Assembly: GCA_001792345.1 (NCBI GenBank)
Contig: MGGJ01000001.1
Location: forward strand, 217,710 to 281,709
Direction: 5' to 3'
Source: Candidatus Woesebacteria bacterium RIFCSPHIGHO2_01_FULL_39_32
Lineage (GTDB): Bacteria > Patescibacteriota > Microgenomatia > UBA8517
DNA length: 64,000 nt
The notes below the pieces were generated by a model. The model was not told the DNA's origin, searched no databases, and was given only the letters and a program-made list of their open reading frames with translations. Each line of letters starts with the position of its first letter. The first letter of the stretch is position 1. The translations under genes were made by a program, and so were the position numbers. Of the stretch, positions 10,484 to 20,752 are shown piece by piece.

Positions 10484-11834
10484 TGGATTAATTAAATATA
10501 CCGTTGCAGCGATTCTTATTGGAGTACCTTTATACCCAAAATTTCCCTTATTCCGGATTTCAGGCACCTTTGTTGCCATTAGGATTGAAGATATTCTTTT
10601 GGCTTTTGCGGGATTTTTACTCCTGGCAATATTTGTTCGTAAATTAGATAAATATTGGAAGGATTCTATTACCAAAACCATTATGCTTTTTTTAATTGTT
10701 GGTTTTGTTTCATTAATATCAGCCATATATATTACTCATACTGTTGTACCCCATATTGGTTTATTGCATTGGGTCAGAAGAATTGAATATTTTATTCCTT
10801 TTTTCTTAGGCTTGGAGGCAATCGAGAGAGATAAGAAAAACCTAGCTTTCTTTTCAAAAATAATTGTAATAGTAGTCGCATTAGCCTTCATTTACGGGTT
10901 TGGACAGAAATATTTTGGATGGCCGATTATTATTACACAAAATCAGGAATACTCTAAGGGAATTGCTCTCCGCTACACTACTGGTAGCCATATTAACTCG
11001 ACATTTGCCGGGCATTACGACTTAGCTAGTTTCTTAGTTTTAATTTTGCCGATAGTTGTTTCATCATTTTTCTTACTCAAGGGCTTACGGACTAAGATAT
11101 TTCTGACAGCGGGTTTTTTTTCGGGCTTATGGCTTTTAGTTAATACTGCATCACGCATTTCTCTAGTTTCTTATCTTGTCGCAGTAGTATTAAGTTTATT
11201 CCTAATTAAAAGATATAAGGCAATACCATTAGTTTTAGTAGTAAGTGTTTTATTCATAGGATTTTCATCTAATTTAATATCACGGTATGGAAGAATTATC
11301 GAAGTAGTTAGAACTCAATCTCTTGAGTTTAACCTAATAAATTATCGAAGCTTAAACCGTTTAGTCTATGCCGCAGAAGATGAATTTGTATTAAAAAGAC
11401 AGATAGCAACTCCAACACCTACGCTGGTACCGGTCTTTGAGGATAGGTCTACTAATATAAGACTGAATGTTGAATGGCCCAGGGCTTTAAGAGCTTTTGC
11501 TAAAAATCCTTTCTTAGGTACGGGGTATTCGTCGATCACTTTAGCTACAGACAATGATTACTTACGAACCTTGGGAGAAGTTGGTGCTTTAGGATTTTTG
11601 GCATTTTTCTTAATTTTTGGAAAAATATCAGTTAGTTTGGTAAAAGTTCTTCCTTTTGATAAGCATTTTGAAGGAATAGAACTTGCTTTCATTGTGGGAG
11701 TGGTTGGGGCTATGCCGGGAATATTTCTTAACGCTTTCTTTATAGATGTTTTTGAAGCATCAAAATTTGCTATCTTCTTTTGGTTATTAATTGGGTTTAC
11801 CATATCTTTAACAAAATATGCAAAAAGTGAGTAA
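10395..11834 (+). CDS. O-antigen ligase / Wzy-like polytopic membrane protein
   Basis: About 10 TM segments with a large periplasmic loop, sitting in the glycan locus. The start is probably internal, near 10460. Confidence 0.45.
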   Translation: MELWVELLSLGYLKGRRQLCPMLKRLWLLDGLIKYTVAAILIGVPLYPKFPLFRISGTFVAIRIEDILLAFAGFLLLAIFVRKLDKYWKDSITKTIMLFLIVGFVSLISAIYITHTVVPHIGLLHWVRRIEYFIPFFLGLEAIERDKKNLAFFSKIIVIVVALAFIYGFGQKYFGWPIIITQNQEYSKGIALRYTTGSHINSTFAGHYDLASFLVLILPIVVSSFFLLKGLRTKIFLTAGFFSGLWLLVNTASRISLVSYLVAVVLSLFLIKRYKAIPLVLVVSVLFIGFSSNLISRYGRIIEVVRTQSLEFNLINYRSLNRLVYAAEDEFVLKRQIATPTPTLVPVFEDRSTNIRLNVEWPRALRAFAKNPFLGTGYSSITLATDNDYLRTLGEVGALGFLAFFLIFGKISVSLVKVLPFDKHFEGIELAFIVGVVGAMPGIFLNAFFIDVFEASKFAIFFWLLIGFTISLTKYAKSE

Positions 11835-13290
11835 GATATTTAAACAGATTTTTAACTATAAATATATCGAGTATATATTTTTATCTTTTGTCTTAATATT
11901 GGGCCTTTTATTAAGACTATATAAAATTAATAATCCCATTGCCGACTGGCATTCATGGAGACAGGCAGATACATCTTCCGTTACCAGAAGTTATGTGGAT
12001 AAAGGAATAAATCTTCTTTTTCCGCGCTATCATGATATTTCAACCACTCAGACAGGAAAATTTAATCCCGAAGGATATAGATTTGTCGAGTTTCCAATCT
12101 ATAACGTAGTTCATACTTTGTTGACAGAAAATTTTAACTTTTTAACACTTGAAGTGTGGGGAAGGCTTCTATCAGTTTTCTTTGCTTTAGTTACAACTGT
12201 ATTTATTTATTTATTGGGTAAGCGTTTTTTGGGAGTTTGGGGAGGTATATTAGCTTCCTTTTTTTACGTCGTATTGCCTTATAACATTTATTTTACAAGG
12301 GTAATTTTACCGGAACCGATGGCTGTAATGTTTGCAGTTGCAAGCCTTTGGGCATTTATAACTTATATTGATTCAAACAAAAATTGGAGACTATATTTTT
12401 CAGGTTTATTATTCGCATTGGCATTACTTGTCAAACCTTATGTAATCTTTTACAGCGTTCCAATGATCTATTTGTTATTGAATAAGTTCAAGATCAAAGA
12501 AATTTTTCGCAATGCAAAATTAATTATTCCCTTATTACTTTTCACGGACATTGTATTGGTTCCCTTAATTGCCTGGCGCGGCTGGATTTCAAATTACCCT
12601 GAAGGGATTCCACACTTTGGGTGGGTGTTTAACGGGGATGACATACGTTTTAAACCTTCATTCTGGAGTTGGATTTTTGGCGAACGACTTAGTTGGCTAA
12701 TTCTAGGGGGTTGGGGTTTGGTACCTTTTTCTTTTGGCTTAATGAAAAGACTAAAAAATTCTTACTTCACGCACTTTTTCCTTTTGGGAATGTTTTTTTA
12801 CGTTTCGGTAGTTGCAACTGCAAACGTTCGCCATGACTACTATCAAACGCTAGTAATTCCCGCAGTTTCACTAATATTGGCACAAGGTTGTATTATCTTG
12901 TGGGAATCAAGCCAGTTTAATAAGTTACTGTCAAGAGGTCTGCTGGTATTTTCGATTGGTTTAGCTATTAATAATGGATTAATCCAAATAAAAGAGTTTT
13001 ACAAAATTAATCATCCCGAAATTATTATCGCCGGCCAGTCGGTTGACCGTCTTACCCCTAAAAATGCCCTGGTTATTGCTCCATACAATGGTGACAGCGC
13101 ATTTTTGTATCAGACAAAAAGATGGGGTTGGCCATTCGTTGACAGACCCATTGAAGAGTTAATCGAAAACGGTGCAGATTACTATGTTTCTGTTAATTTT
13201 GATGCGCAAACAAATGAGTTTATCAATAAGTTCGAGACTGTTCAAAAAAAGGATCAATACTTAATTCTTAGCCTGCAAAAAAGAAAATAA
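11818..13290 (+). CDS. GT39/GT83-family membrane glycosyltransferase (PMT_2/ArnT-like)
   Basis: Polytopic N-terminal region with an early DWHSWRQAD loop motif and a C-terminal soluble domain, as in PMT-family enzymes. Confidence 0.55.
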   Translation: MQKVSKIFKQIFNYKYIEYIFLSFVLILGLLLRLYKINNPIADWHSWRQADTSSVTRSYVDKGINLLFPRYHDISTTQTGKFNPEGYRFVEFPIYNVVHTLLTENFNFLTLEVWGRLLSVFFALVTTVFIYLLGKRFLGVWGGILASFFYVVLPYNIYFTRVILPEPMAVMFAVASLWAFITYIDSNKNWRLYFSGLLFALALLVKPYVIFYSVPMIYLLLNKFKIKEIFRNAKLIIPLLLFTDIVLVPLIAWRGWISNYPEGIPHFGWVFNGDDIRFKPSFWSWIFGERLSWLILGGWGLVPFSFGLMKRLKNSYFTHFFLLGMFFYVSVVATANVRHDYYQTLVIPAVSLILAQGCIILWESSQFNKLLSRGLLVFSIGLAINNGLIQIKEFYKINHPEIIIAGQSVDRLTPKNALVIAPYNGDSAFLYQTKRWGWPFVDRPIEELIENGADYYVSVNFDAQTNEFINKFETVQKKDQYLILSLQKRK

Positions 13291-13291
13291 A

Positions 13292-14485
13292 ATGAAAATA
13301 TTGATGCTCGTTCCTTATTTACCAACGATCACTATGAGTGGAGGTCAAACTCGCTGGTATAACATTATTAAATATCTCGCCAAAAAACACGATATTACTC
13401 TTTTTTCATTAATAAAAGACGATTCCGAAAAACGTTTTATTCCCGAACTTGAGAAGTACTGTAAAAAAGTAAGGGTATTTAATCGACCCAAAAGACCATG
13501 GACTATTAAAAATATTCTTCTTTCGGTATTTGGTCCTTACCCACTATTGGTTATAAGGAACCAATCTTTAGAAGAAAGACGTGCAATACGAGAGGAGCTG
13601 GAAAATGAAAAATATGACCTGATTCACGCAGAGACATTTTACGTAATGCCACATTTACCAAAAAGCGTTGTTCCTACAATCTTAGTCGAGCAAACAATCT
13701 GGCATGATGTGTACAAGCACTATGTGATGCATGAAGTTCCAACGATTTTAAGACCCTTTTACTTACAAGACGTGCTCAAAATTAAGTTTTGGGAAAAATA
13801 TTACTGGGGCAAAGCAGATCGTCTTTTTGGTGTATCCGAAGAAGACAGGATTGCGATGCTAAAGCTTGTCCCTCAAAAACAAGTTGGGATAATTCCTAAT
13901 GGAGTTGACTCAGCCTATTACAGTCAAAAAAAAATTAAGAAGAAAGTTCCTCCGAGAATTCTTTATGGGGTAACAAATTTCGAATGGCTTCAAAATCAGG
14001 AAGCGACAGAGATGCTTATTAAGGAAGTTTGGCCGAAGATAAAAGAAACATATGCTAAAGCAAAAGTATGGATTGTAGGTAGAAAAATTCCTGATTGGGT
14101 TAAAAAGGAAGCTGGAAAGGGTAATATCGAAATGACAGAGAACATCCGAGATGCAAGAGATGCTTATGGTGGGGCAACTATAATGGTTGCATCGATTAAG
14201 GGAACAGGAGGAACCAGGCTTAAAATTCTTGAAGCAATGGCTGCTGGTTTGCCGGTGGTGTCAACTTCGGTTGGAGTGGTGGGATTAAATCTAACAAATG
14301 GGAAAAATGTACTCATGGCGGATACTCCGGAAGAATTGGCTGACAAGGCAACGATGCTTTTGAAGGATGAAGAATTGAGAAGAAGAATCGGTCAGTTCGG
14401 AAAGGAACATGTATCTAAATATTTTGATTGGAAATCTATCGTTAAACTCCATGACCCTATTTACAATGAATTAGTAAAGAAATAA
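13292..14485 (+). CDS. Glycosyltransferase family 1 (GT4)
   Basis: GGTRLKILEAMAAGLPVVST motif. Confidence 0.7.
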   Translation: MKILMLVPYLPTITMSGGQTRWYNIIKYLAKKHDITLFSLIKDDSEKRFIPELEKYCKKVRVFNRPKRPWTIKNILLSVFGPYPLLVIRNQSLEERRAIREELENEKYDLIHAETFYVMPHLPKSVVPTILVEQTIWHDVYKHYVMHEVPTILRPFYLQDVLKIKFWEKYYWGKADRLFGVSEEDRIAMLKLVPQKQVGIIPNGVDSAYYSQKKIKKKVPPRILYGVTNFEWLQNQEATEMLIKEVWPKIKETYAKAKVWIVGRKIPDWVKKEAGKGNIEMTENIRDARDAYGGATIMVASIKGTGGTRLKILEAMAAGLPVVSTSVGVVGLNLTNGKNVLMADTPEELADKATMLLKDEELRRRIGQFGKEHVSKYFDWKSIVKLHDPIYNELVKK

Positions 14486-15393
14486 TGAAAAAACCAAAAC
14501 TTTCTATTGTAATTCTGAGTTATAACACAGTAGATCTACTGCGAGAATGTTTACTTTCATTAAAGAAAGTAAGAGGAGAGGTAGGCTTTGAAGTAATAGT
14601 TTCCGATAATGCCTCAACCGACGGATCTCCTGAGATGGTTGAAGATGAATTTCCGTGGGTTAAAAAGATTATAAAAACTAGGATAAATATTGGTTTTGCG
14701 GCTGGGAATAACAGGGCAAGAGAGTATGTTAATGGGGAATTTGTTCTATTTTTAAACCCGGATACAATTATTCATAAAGACACTTTAAAGAAATGTAGAC
14801 AATATTTAGATAACCACAAGGATGTGGGTGCATTAACCTGTAAAATTGTTCTTCCCACCGGTCAATTAGATAAAGATGCAAGGAGATCCTTCATAACTCC
14901 GTGGATAGGTTTGACTCATATTTATTTGAAACTAGACAGAATATTTCCAAAATCCAAACTTTTTGCCAAGTATTGGTATGGTTATGTATCTCCCAATACC
15001 GAACACGAGGTTGATGCTTTACAGGGTGCCTTTTTCTTCACAAGAAGAGCCGTTTTAGATCAAGTCGGTTGGTTTGATGAAGATTATTTTTTAAACGCGG
15101 AAGATATTGATCTTTCATGGAAAATAAAAGAGAAAGGTTGGAAGATATTTTATTACCCAAACGTTTCAATAACACACGTTAAAGGGGCCGCTAAAGGTAA
15201 GACTAAAAGAACTAAACAGAATGTTCCACTGAAAGAAAAGTTAAAATATCGCCTTGCCGAAGTAGATGCAATGGAAGTATTTGTTAAAAAAAGACTATGG
15301 AGAAATTATCCTTTAGCTTTAAATCTCTTAGTTTTGACCGGAATTAAGTTATTAAGGTTTATAAGAGCTACGAAAGTTATTTTATTAGGATAA
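14485..15393 (+). CDS. Glycosyltransferase family 2
   Basis: LSIVILSYNTVDLLRECLLSL ... SDNASTDGS. Confidence 0.75.
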   Translation: MKKPKLSIVILSYNTVDLLRECLLSLKKVRGEVGFEVIVSDNASTDGSPEMVEDEFPWVKKIIKTRINIGFAAGNNRAREYVNGEFVLFLNPDTIIHKDTLKKCRQYLDNHKDVGALTCKIVLPTGQLDKDARRSFITPWIGLTHIYLKLDRIFPKSKLFAKYWYGYVSPNTEHEVDALQGAFFFTRRAVLDQVGWFDEDYFLNAEDIDLSWKIKEKGWKIFYYPNVSITHVKGAAKGKTKRTKQNVPLKEKLKYRLAEVDAMEVFVKKRLWRNYPLALNLLVLTGIKLLRFIRATKVILLG

Positions 15394-16535
15394 TGAAAAT
15401 ATTAATTGATGCAAGGATGTATGGACTTGAGCACTCAGGGATTGGTAGGTATTTGATTAATTTGATCGACAACCTTAAAGAGATCGATAGAGAGAATAGC
15501 TATATTATTTTATTAAGGAAAAAGTACTTCGATGAATTAAGGTTTCCGGAAAATTGGATGAAGATTATAGTAGACCTTCGCCACTATACATTTGCAGAAC
15601 AGTTTAAATTGCCGGGAATTATAAATAAAGAAAAACCGGATTTAGTCCACTTTCCCCACTTTAATATTCCATTACAATTTAAAGGTCCGTTTGTGGTAAC
15701 CATCCACGATACGACGATGCATCATCAAGGAACCAATGCCACTACGCTTCCATTATACAAATATATATTCAAGCGGATTCCATATAAATTAGTTTTCAAG
15801 AAAGCAGTTATCAATTCAAAAAAAATTATTACTCCCAGTGAAACAGTCAAAAAAGAGGTTCTAGATTATTACAAAGTTGATCCGGAAAAGATCGCGGTTG
15901 CCTATGAAGGGTTCAATGCCGACTATATTGTTGAGAAAGCAAGCAGCAGAGAGTTGGAAACGTTAACCAAATTTAAAGCTGCTAATGCGGATTATTTCTT
16001 TTATGTCGGTAATGCTTATCCCCATAAAAATTTGGACAACGTCATTCGAGGTATAGTGGATATAAATAAAAATAAAAATGGTTCAGTGAGGTTTCTTATC
16101 GCGGGATCAAGAGATATTTTTATGGAAAGACTTCAAAAGTTAATCGATAGACTTGAAGCCAATGATTATGTGGAACTTTTAGGATTTGTTAGGGACGACG
16201 AGCTTTGGGTGTTGTACAAATATAGTTTGGGATTTGTGTATCCATCTCTTTCTGAGGGGTTTGGTCTGCAAGGTTTAGAAGCTATTTCATCCGGTACGAT
16301 TCTTCTTGCGTCAAATATTCCAGTTTTTCAAGAAATTTACGGAAGTCACGCATTTTATTTTAACCCGCAAGATGTAAGCTCAATTTCTGGAACAATGTAT
16401 TCTGTTTTGAAAATGGAAAGAGAAGATAAATATAAGTATTTGGAAATTGCGCAAGAATATATCAAAAAATACTCCTGGCAAAAAATGGCCAAAGAAACTT
16501 TAGAAGTTTACAGGCAAGTTTTAAAAGAAAAGTAA
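15393..16535 (+). CDS. Glycosyltransferase family 1 (GT4)
   Basis: YPSLSEGFGLQGLEAISSGTILLAS motif. Confidence 0.7.
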   Translation: MKILIDARMYGLEHSGIGRYLINLIDNLKEIDRENSYIILLRKKYFDELRFPENWMKIIVDLRHYTFAEQFKLPGIINKEKPDLVHFPHFNIPLQFKGPFVVTIHDTTMHHQGTNATTLPLYKYIFKRIPYKLVFKKAVINSKKIITPSETVKKEVLDYYKVDPEKIAVAYEGFNADYIVEKASSRELETLTKFKAANADYFFYVGNAYPHKNLDNVIRGIVDINKNKNGSVRFLIAGSRDIFMERLQKLIDRLEANDYVELLGFVRDDELWVLYKYSLGFVYPSLSEGFGLQGLEAISSGTILLASNIPVFQEIYGSHAFYFNPQDVSSISGTMYSVLKMEREDKYKYLEIAQEYIKKYSWQKMAKETLEVYRQVLKEK

Positions 16536-16598
16536 CACGTGTCAATAGGAATACACCCGACGGGTGGTCTAGCTTTGCACCTATAACTTTCTTGAGTT

Positions 16599-17117
16599 TT
16601 GGACAATTTGTTTATGAGAAGTGAAATTGAGTGGATAAAGCTTGTTACGAGAAAAAACTCGTTAGCATTCATGCATGTTGTGGCTAAACAAAAGCCTTAT
16701 GTAAAAGCTGTCATAGATTTTGATCTCAATTATTATTGGTATAACGGGATTACCTATGAAGCTTGCTATTCAAAAAAAGAAGTTTACGGTCTGGGGTCTA
16801 AAATTTCTGATGAAATTAAAAAAAATCTTAATTTTGCTTCACAAAATGCAGAATTATGCAGAGTTCTTTGCGATAAATTAATATTACAATCAGAAGCGAT
16901 CGGAAAAGTTAATTTGAGATTAATTAGCAACAGGCAACTATATAAAATTCTCAATGACTTTCTTGTACCTTTCTATGAACTTGTTCCGTTCCTTCTTGTT
17001 CCGCATTCAGTAGAACGGCAGATTTTGTCTGAGATTGAAGAATTAGTTTCCCAAAAATTAGGCGGCGACGAAGAAAAACAAAAAAAAATATATAGAAGTA
17101 TTTTCTACGCCAATTGA
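16599..17117 (+). CDS. N-terminal part of a PEP-utilizing-domain protein, probably frameshifted relative to 17146-18069
   Basis: The ORF ends in an A9 homopolymer region (17080-17088). Removing one A joins its frame to the downstream ORF, giving a ~479-aa product of the same size as paralog 19295-20752. Confidence 0.4.
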   Translation: MDNLFMRSEIEWIKLVTRKNSLAFMHVVAKQKPYVKAVIDFDLNYYWYNGITYEACYSKKEVYGLGSKISDEIKKNLNFASQNAELCRVLCDKLILQSEAIGKVNLRLISNRQLYKILNDFLVPFYELVPFLLVPHSVERQILSEIEELVSQKLGGDEEKQKKIYRSIFYAN

Positions 17118-17145
17118 TGAAGATATTGACGAATCAGAGTCGGCC

Positions 17146-18069
17146 TTGAAAATTGCAACATATGTTAAGAAGGTTGGTTGGAATATGCAAGCGAATCAAG
17201 AATTGAGAAGGCACACTCAAAAATTCTGCTGGATTTCGATGTGGGGTGTTACAGATAAACCACTGACTAGTAAGTATTTTAGGGATGAAATTGATACCTT
17301 AGTGGATAATATAGAAAATCCCCTTCTGGAAATTGAGAAACTAAAGAAAGAGCATTCTCGCCGAAAGGAAATATTTGATAAAACATTGAAAAAACTTAAT
17401 GCTTCGGAACATTTGGAAGGACTTGCTCGGATTCTTCAATCTTATGTTTTTTTGCGCACTTATAGAAAGAATGCTTATTCGAAAGCCAACTATTTACATC
17501 TACCCCTGCTTTATGAAACAGGCAGAAGAATGGGTTTAAATAATAGGGAAGCAAAATATGTAACCTATGACGAGATGCTCGATTTCTTGGATAAAGGTAA
17601 AGGAGTTTTCAAACCTTTGATTAAAGAGAGAATTAAAGGGTGGGCAACGCTTCTTTGGGATGGGGAAACATTTGTATTTTCTGGTAAAAGCGAAGTCAAA
17701 AGGGCCATTAAAAAATACAATATTTTTGTTGAAGAAGCCTCGGAAGGTAACCAAGTAAAAGGTAGGGTGGCAAGTACGGGAAAGGTCAGGGGTAAAGTTA
17801 GGGTTGTCAGAAGTCTTAAAGGCATTGGAAAAGTTGAAAAGGGAGATATTTTAGTGGCCACAATGACAACGCCTGATTACATGCTCGCTATTCATAAATG
17901 CGCCGGGATTGTTACAGACGAGGGAGGAGTGACGTGCCATGCTGCCATTATTTCGCGTGAATTTAATATTCCTTGCATTGTAGGGACTGGAAACGCAACT
18001 CAGGTTTTGGAAGATGGAGATTTAGTAGAAGTTGATGCGGAGAAAGGAATTGTCAGAAAACTTCATTGA
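17146..18069 (+). CDS. PEP-utilizing enzyme mobile (phosphohistidine swivel) domain protein
   Basis: C-terminal DEGGVTCHAAIISREFNIPCIVGTGNATQ...DGDLVEVDAEKGIV matches the PPDK/PpsA/EI central His-domain consensus. TTG start. Confidence 0.7.
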   Translation: MKIATYVKKVGWNMQANQELRRHTQKFCWISMWGVTDKPLTSKYFRDEIDTLVDNIENPLLEIEKLKKEHSRRKEIFDKTLKKLNASEHLEGLARILQSYVFLRTYRKNAYSKANYLHLPLLYETGRRMGLNNREAKYVTYDEMLDFLDKGKGVFKPLIKERIKGWATLLWDGETFVFSGKSEVKRAIKKYNIFVEEASEGNQVKGRVASTGKVRGKVRVVRSLKGIGKVEKGDILVATMTTPDYMLAIHKCAGIVTDEGGVTCHAAIISREFNIPCIVGTGNATQVLEDGDLVEVDAEKGIVRKLH

Positions 18070-18101
18070 CAGTAAATTTTCCACAGACTATTATCTAGTT
18101 A

Positions 18102-18353
18102 ATGGATAAAAAGAAAAAGAAAGATAAACAATATAAATTCTTTGCGGATGCTTTTCATGAAGTTGTAGTTCCACTTCTTGAGAATATGGCTACGAAAGAC
18201 GATGTTAAGGATATGGCTACCAAAGATGACATCGATAAAATTAATAGTAGATTGGTTAAAATTGATGATAAGCTAGAAAGATATGGAAATAGACCTGATG
18301 GTCATGAAAAAAGAATAACAAAGTTGGAAAATAAAGTTGCTATAGCTTCATAA
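18102..18353 (+). CDS. Small coiled-coil protein, member of a paralogous family also present in the 57-62 kb island
   Basis: Internal duplication MATKDDVKD/MATKDDIDK. The C-terminal KINSRL..KI...GHEKRITKLENKV is shared with 59959-60264 and 61056-61385. Confidence 0.35.
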   Translation: MDKKKKKDKQYKFFADAFHEVVVPLLENMATKDDVKDMATKDDIDKINSRLVKIDDKLERYGNRPDGHEKRITKLENKVAIAS

Positions 18354-18396
18354 AAAAACTCAATTAATATTAGGAATTTTTGATAAAATCAGTACA

Positions 18397-19293
18397 GTGG
18401 AACTTAAGCGGGTATTGGTTGAATTAGAAAAGCTGTTGCAAAACTGGAGAATAAATACATCAGGTTGGATTCTTGTATCTCAGTATGCTTATCGACTTCT
18501 AGGGTACGATGTTAAACTTCGTAAAGGACACTTGAATGTATTAGTTAGAAAAAATAAAATACCGTGGAAAATAAAAGAAGGAATTGAAATTCATCCCCCC
18601 AGGAAGACTAAATATAGGGCAGAATTTGAAAAATTCATAGATAAAACGGGGTTTGATTTTGACATAAACCTTGCCACAGATAAAGAATTTACAGCTAAAG
18701 AAGGCTTCTACGTTTTGTACAAACTTCCGAATTCTACAGAAATTAGAGTTCAAAAACCTTCTGGTGCAATTAAAGAATTTGAAAAATTACTTTCCTTAAG
18801 TACCAAAGAAGGATTAGGGACTGAAAGATTGAATAAAGATATTTTCTACATTAAAGATATGATTCTGGCTTTGTCAAAGAAGGGAGAAGAAGATACAACC
18901 AAGCTTTTCCAAAGACTTCTCAAAAAATATCTAACTGTTAAGAAGAAGCATATTACTGTAAAACCCACTGATACCGATAGTATCGCAGGAATAGTAGCAA
19001 GTAAAGGAAAAGCTAATGGAAGGATCATTGTTGTTTACGATATTAAAGATGCAAAACTTATTAAAGACGGTGACATTCTAGTCACAAAAATGACTTCACC
19101 AATCCTAACATTGCTGCTTCCGAAAATTTCTGCAATTGTTACGGATAAGGGCGGAATGCTTAGCCACGCTGCAATTTTAGCTCGCGAGATTGGTGTTCCC
19201 TGCATCGTCGGCACACAAGTCGCAACTAAGGTGCTTAAAGACGGAGATTTAGTCGAAGTTGATGCATATAGGGGAATTGTAAGGAAAATATAA
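18397..19293 (+). CDS. PEP-utilizing enzyme mobile domain protein (paralog 2)
   Basis: C-terminal DKGGMLSHAAILAREIGVPCIVGTQVATKVLKDGDLVEVDAYRGIV. Confidence 0.7.
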   Translation: MELKRVLVELEKLLQNWRINTSGWILVSQYAYRLLGYDVKLRKGHLNVLVRKNKIPWKIKEGIEIHPPRKTKYRAEFEKFIDKTGFDFDINLATDKEFTAKEGFYVLYKLPNSTEIRVQKPSGAIKEFEKLLSLSTKEGLGTERLNKDIFYIKDMILALSKKGEEDTTKLFQRLLKKYLTVKKKHITVKPTDTDSIAGIVASKGKANGRIIVVYDIKDAKLIKDGDILVTKMTSPILTLLLPKISAIVTDKGGMLSHAAILAREIGVPCIVGTQVATKVLKDGDLVEVDAYRGIVRKI

Positions 19294-19294
19294 A

Positions 19295-20752
19295 ATGCTC
19301 GATCCAAATAGAAAGTTATTCCGTTGGGGACCAATAAGTGCCTGCCCTTTTTTTATGTCCTTCACGATTGGAGCTGCTTTTACGCCATTAAAAAAACTTC
19401 TTGGTGTTTGCTATCCCGAATCAGTGATTATTTTTAAAGACAAAAAGGTTACGTGGCTAATGGATGCCGAAGATTTTTCAAAATCTAGCCAAGACTTTGT
19501 ACAAAGAAACATTTTTAACAACAAAAGGAAAAAAATGTATTCGAGCGAATGGAACAGAAAAACAAGTTTACTTCAAGGAGAATTCAATTTGTTGAATGAA
19601 ATAAATTTTACGTCTTTAACACAAGAAGATCTAAACCAAAAATTTGAACATTTTTCCGAAATATATTTTTTGTGGTGGACTTTAACGATTTCGGTCGAAT
19701 TAATTACAACATCAATTGAACCACTTTTAGGGAAGGGATTAAAAGATTACTACAAAGATGAACAAGTGAAAGAGTTTAATAAAGATTTTGCTATTCTTAC
19801 TTCTCCTCTTGCTTTAACATTTTACAGACAAGAACAAAAAGACTTACTTGAAATCCTGGCACTTCCTAATAAGAAATGGGGTAGTGCACTTAAAGCTCAT
19901 CAACAAAATTATTTCTGGATGTACAACAGTTATCTTAAAGCAAAGAAATTAAATGTGAATTATTTTCGAAAAGAAGCAGAAAAATTTGCGAAAACCAAGT
20001 GGAAACCACTGTTTGAGGAGATAAATAATTATTCCGAAAATACTAAATTCCAAAAGTCTCAGATAATAAAAAGACTGTATCTGAAAAGGGAAGTTCGGGA
20101 TTTAATTTCTTTAGTTGAGAAATTCGCTCAGTTTCAAGATCAAAGAAAAGCTTTAAATTTTAAATCTGATCATTATCTTCAAATTTTTGTAGACGAATAC
20201 GCGCGAAGATTAAAAATAAAAAGCGACGATCTTAAAATGTTACTTTTCAAGGAGTTGACTGCTTTCTCTGACGAGCTGAAAAAGAATTTAATTAAAAAGC
20301 GGAAGGAGTGTTTTGTTTTGGTTTGCAAAAATACAGGAATAAAACATTTCGTTGGAAGTAAAGCGTTATTTTTGCATAAAAGATTCGGCAAAGTTAGAAA
20401 AATTAAAGAGAGCATGATTCATGGTAGAGTTGCTTCAGTTGGTAAAGAATATCATTTTAGAGGTACTGCAAAAGTTGTATTGACAATAAAAGAAATTGGT
20501 AAAGTCAAAAAGGGTGACGTGTTGGTTACAACGATGACGAGTCCTGATTTCGTGATTGGAATGAAGAAGGCGATTGCGATAATTACTGATACCGGCGGAA
20601 TACTAAGCCACGCTGCAATAGTTTCGAGGGAACTGAAAAAACCATGCATTGTTGGGACAGAAGTAGCTACTAAAGTTATTCATGATGGTGATATCGTCGA
20701 AATTCACTCAGGAAGAGGAACAGTTAGAATTGTTAAACACGAGGGAAATTAA
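19295..20752 (+). CDS. PEP-utilizing enzyme mobile domain protein (paralog 3, 485 aa)
   Basis: C-terminal DTGGILSHAAIVSRELKKPCIVGTEVATKVIHDGDIVEIHSGRGTV. The N-terminal ~380 aa have no recognisable ATP-grasp motifs. Confidence 0.7.
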   Translation: MLDPNRKLFRWGPISACPFFMSFTIGAAFTPLKKLLGVCYPESVIIFKDKKVTWLMDAEDFSKSSQDFVQRNIFNNKRKKMYSSEWNRKTSLLQGEFNLLNEINFTSLTQEDLNQKFEHFSEIYFLWWTLTISVELITTSIEPLLGKGLKDYYKDEQVKEFNKDFAILTSPLALTFYRQEQKDLLEILALPNKKWGSALKAHQQNYFWMYNSYLKAKKLNVNYFRKEAEKFAKTKWKPLFEEINNYSENTKFQKSQIIKRLYLKREVRDLISLVEKFAQFQDQRKALNFKSDHYLQIFVDEYARRLKIKSDDLKMLLFKELTAFSDELKKNLIKKRKECFVLVCKNTGIKHFVGSKALFLHKRFGKVRKIKESMIHGRVASVGKEYHFRGTAKVVLTIKEIGKVKKGDVLVTTMTSPDFVIGMKKAIAIITDTGGILSHAAIVSRELKKPCIVGTEVATKVIHDGDIVEIHSGRGTVRIVKHEGN

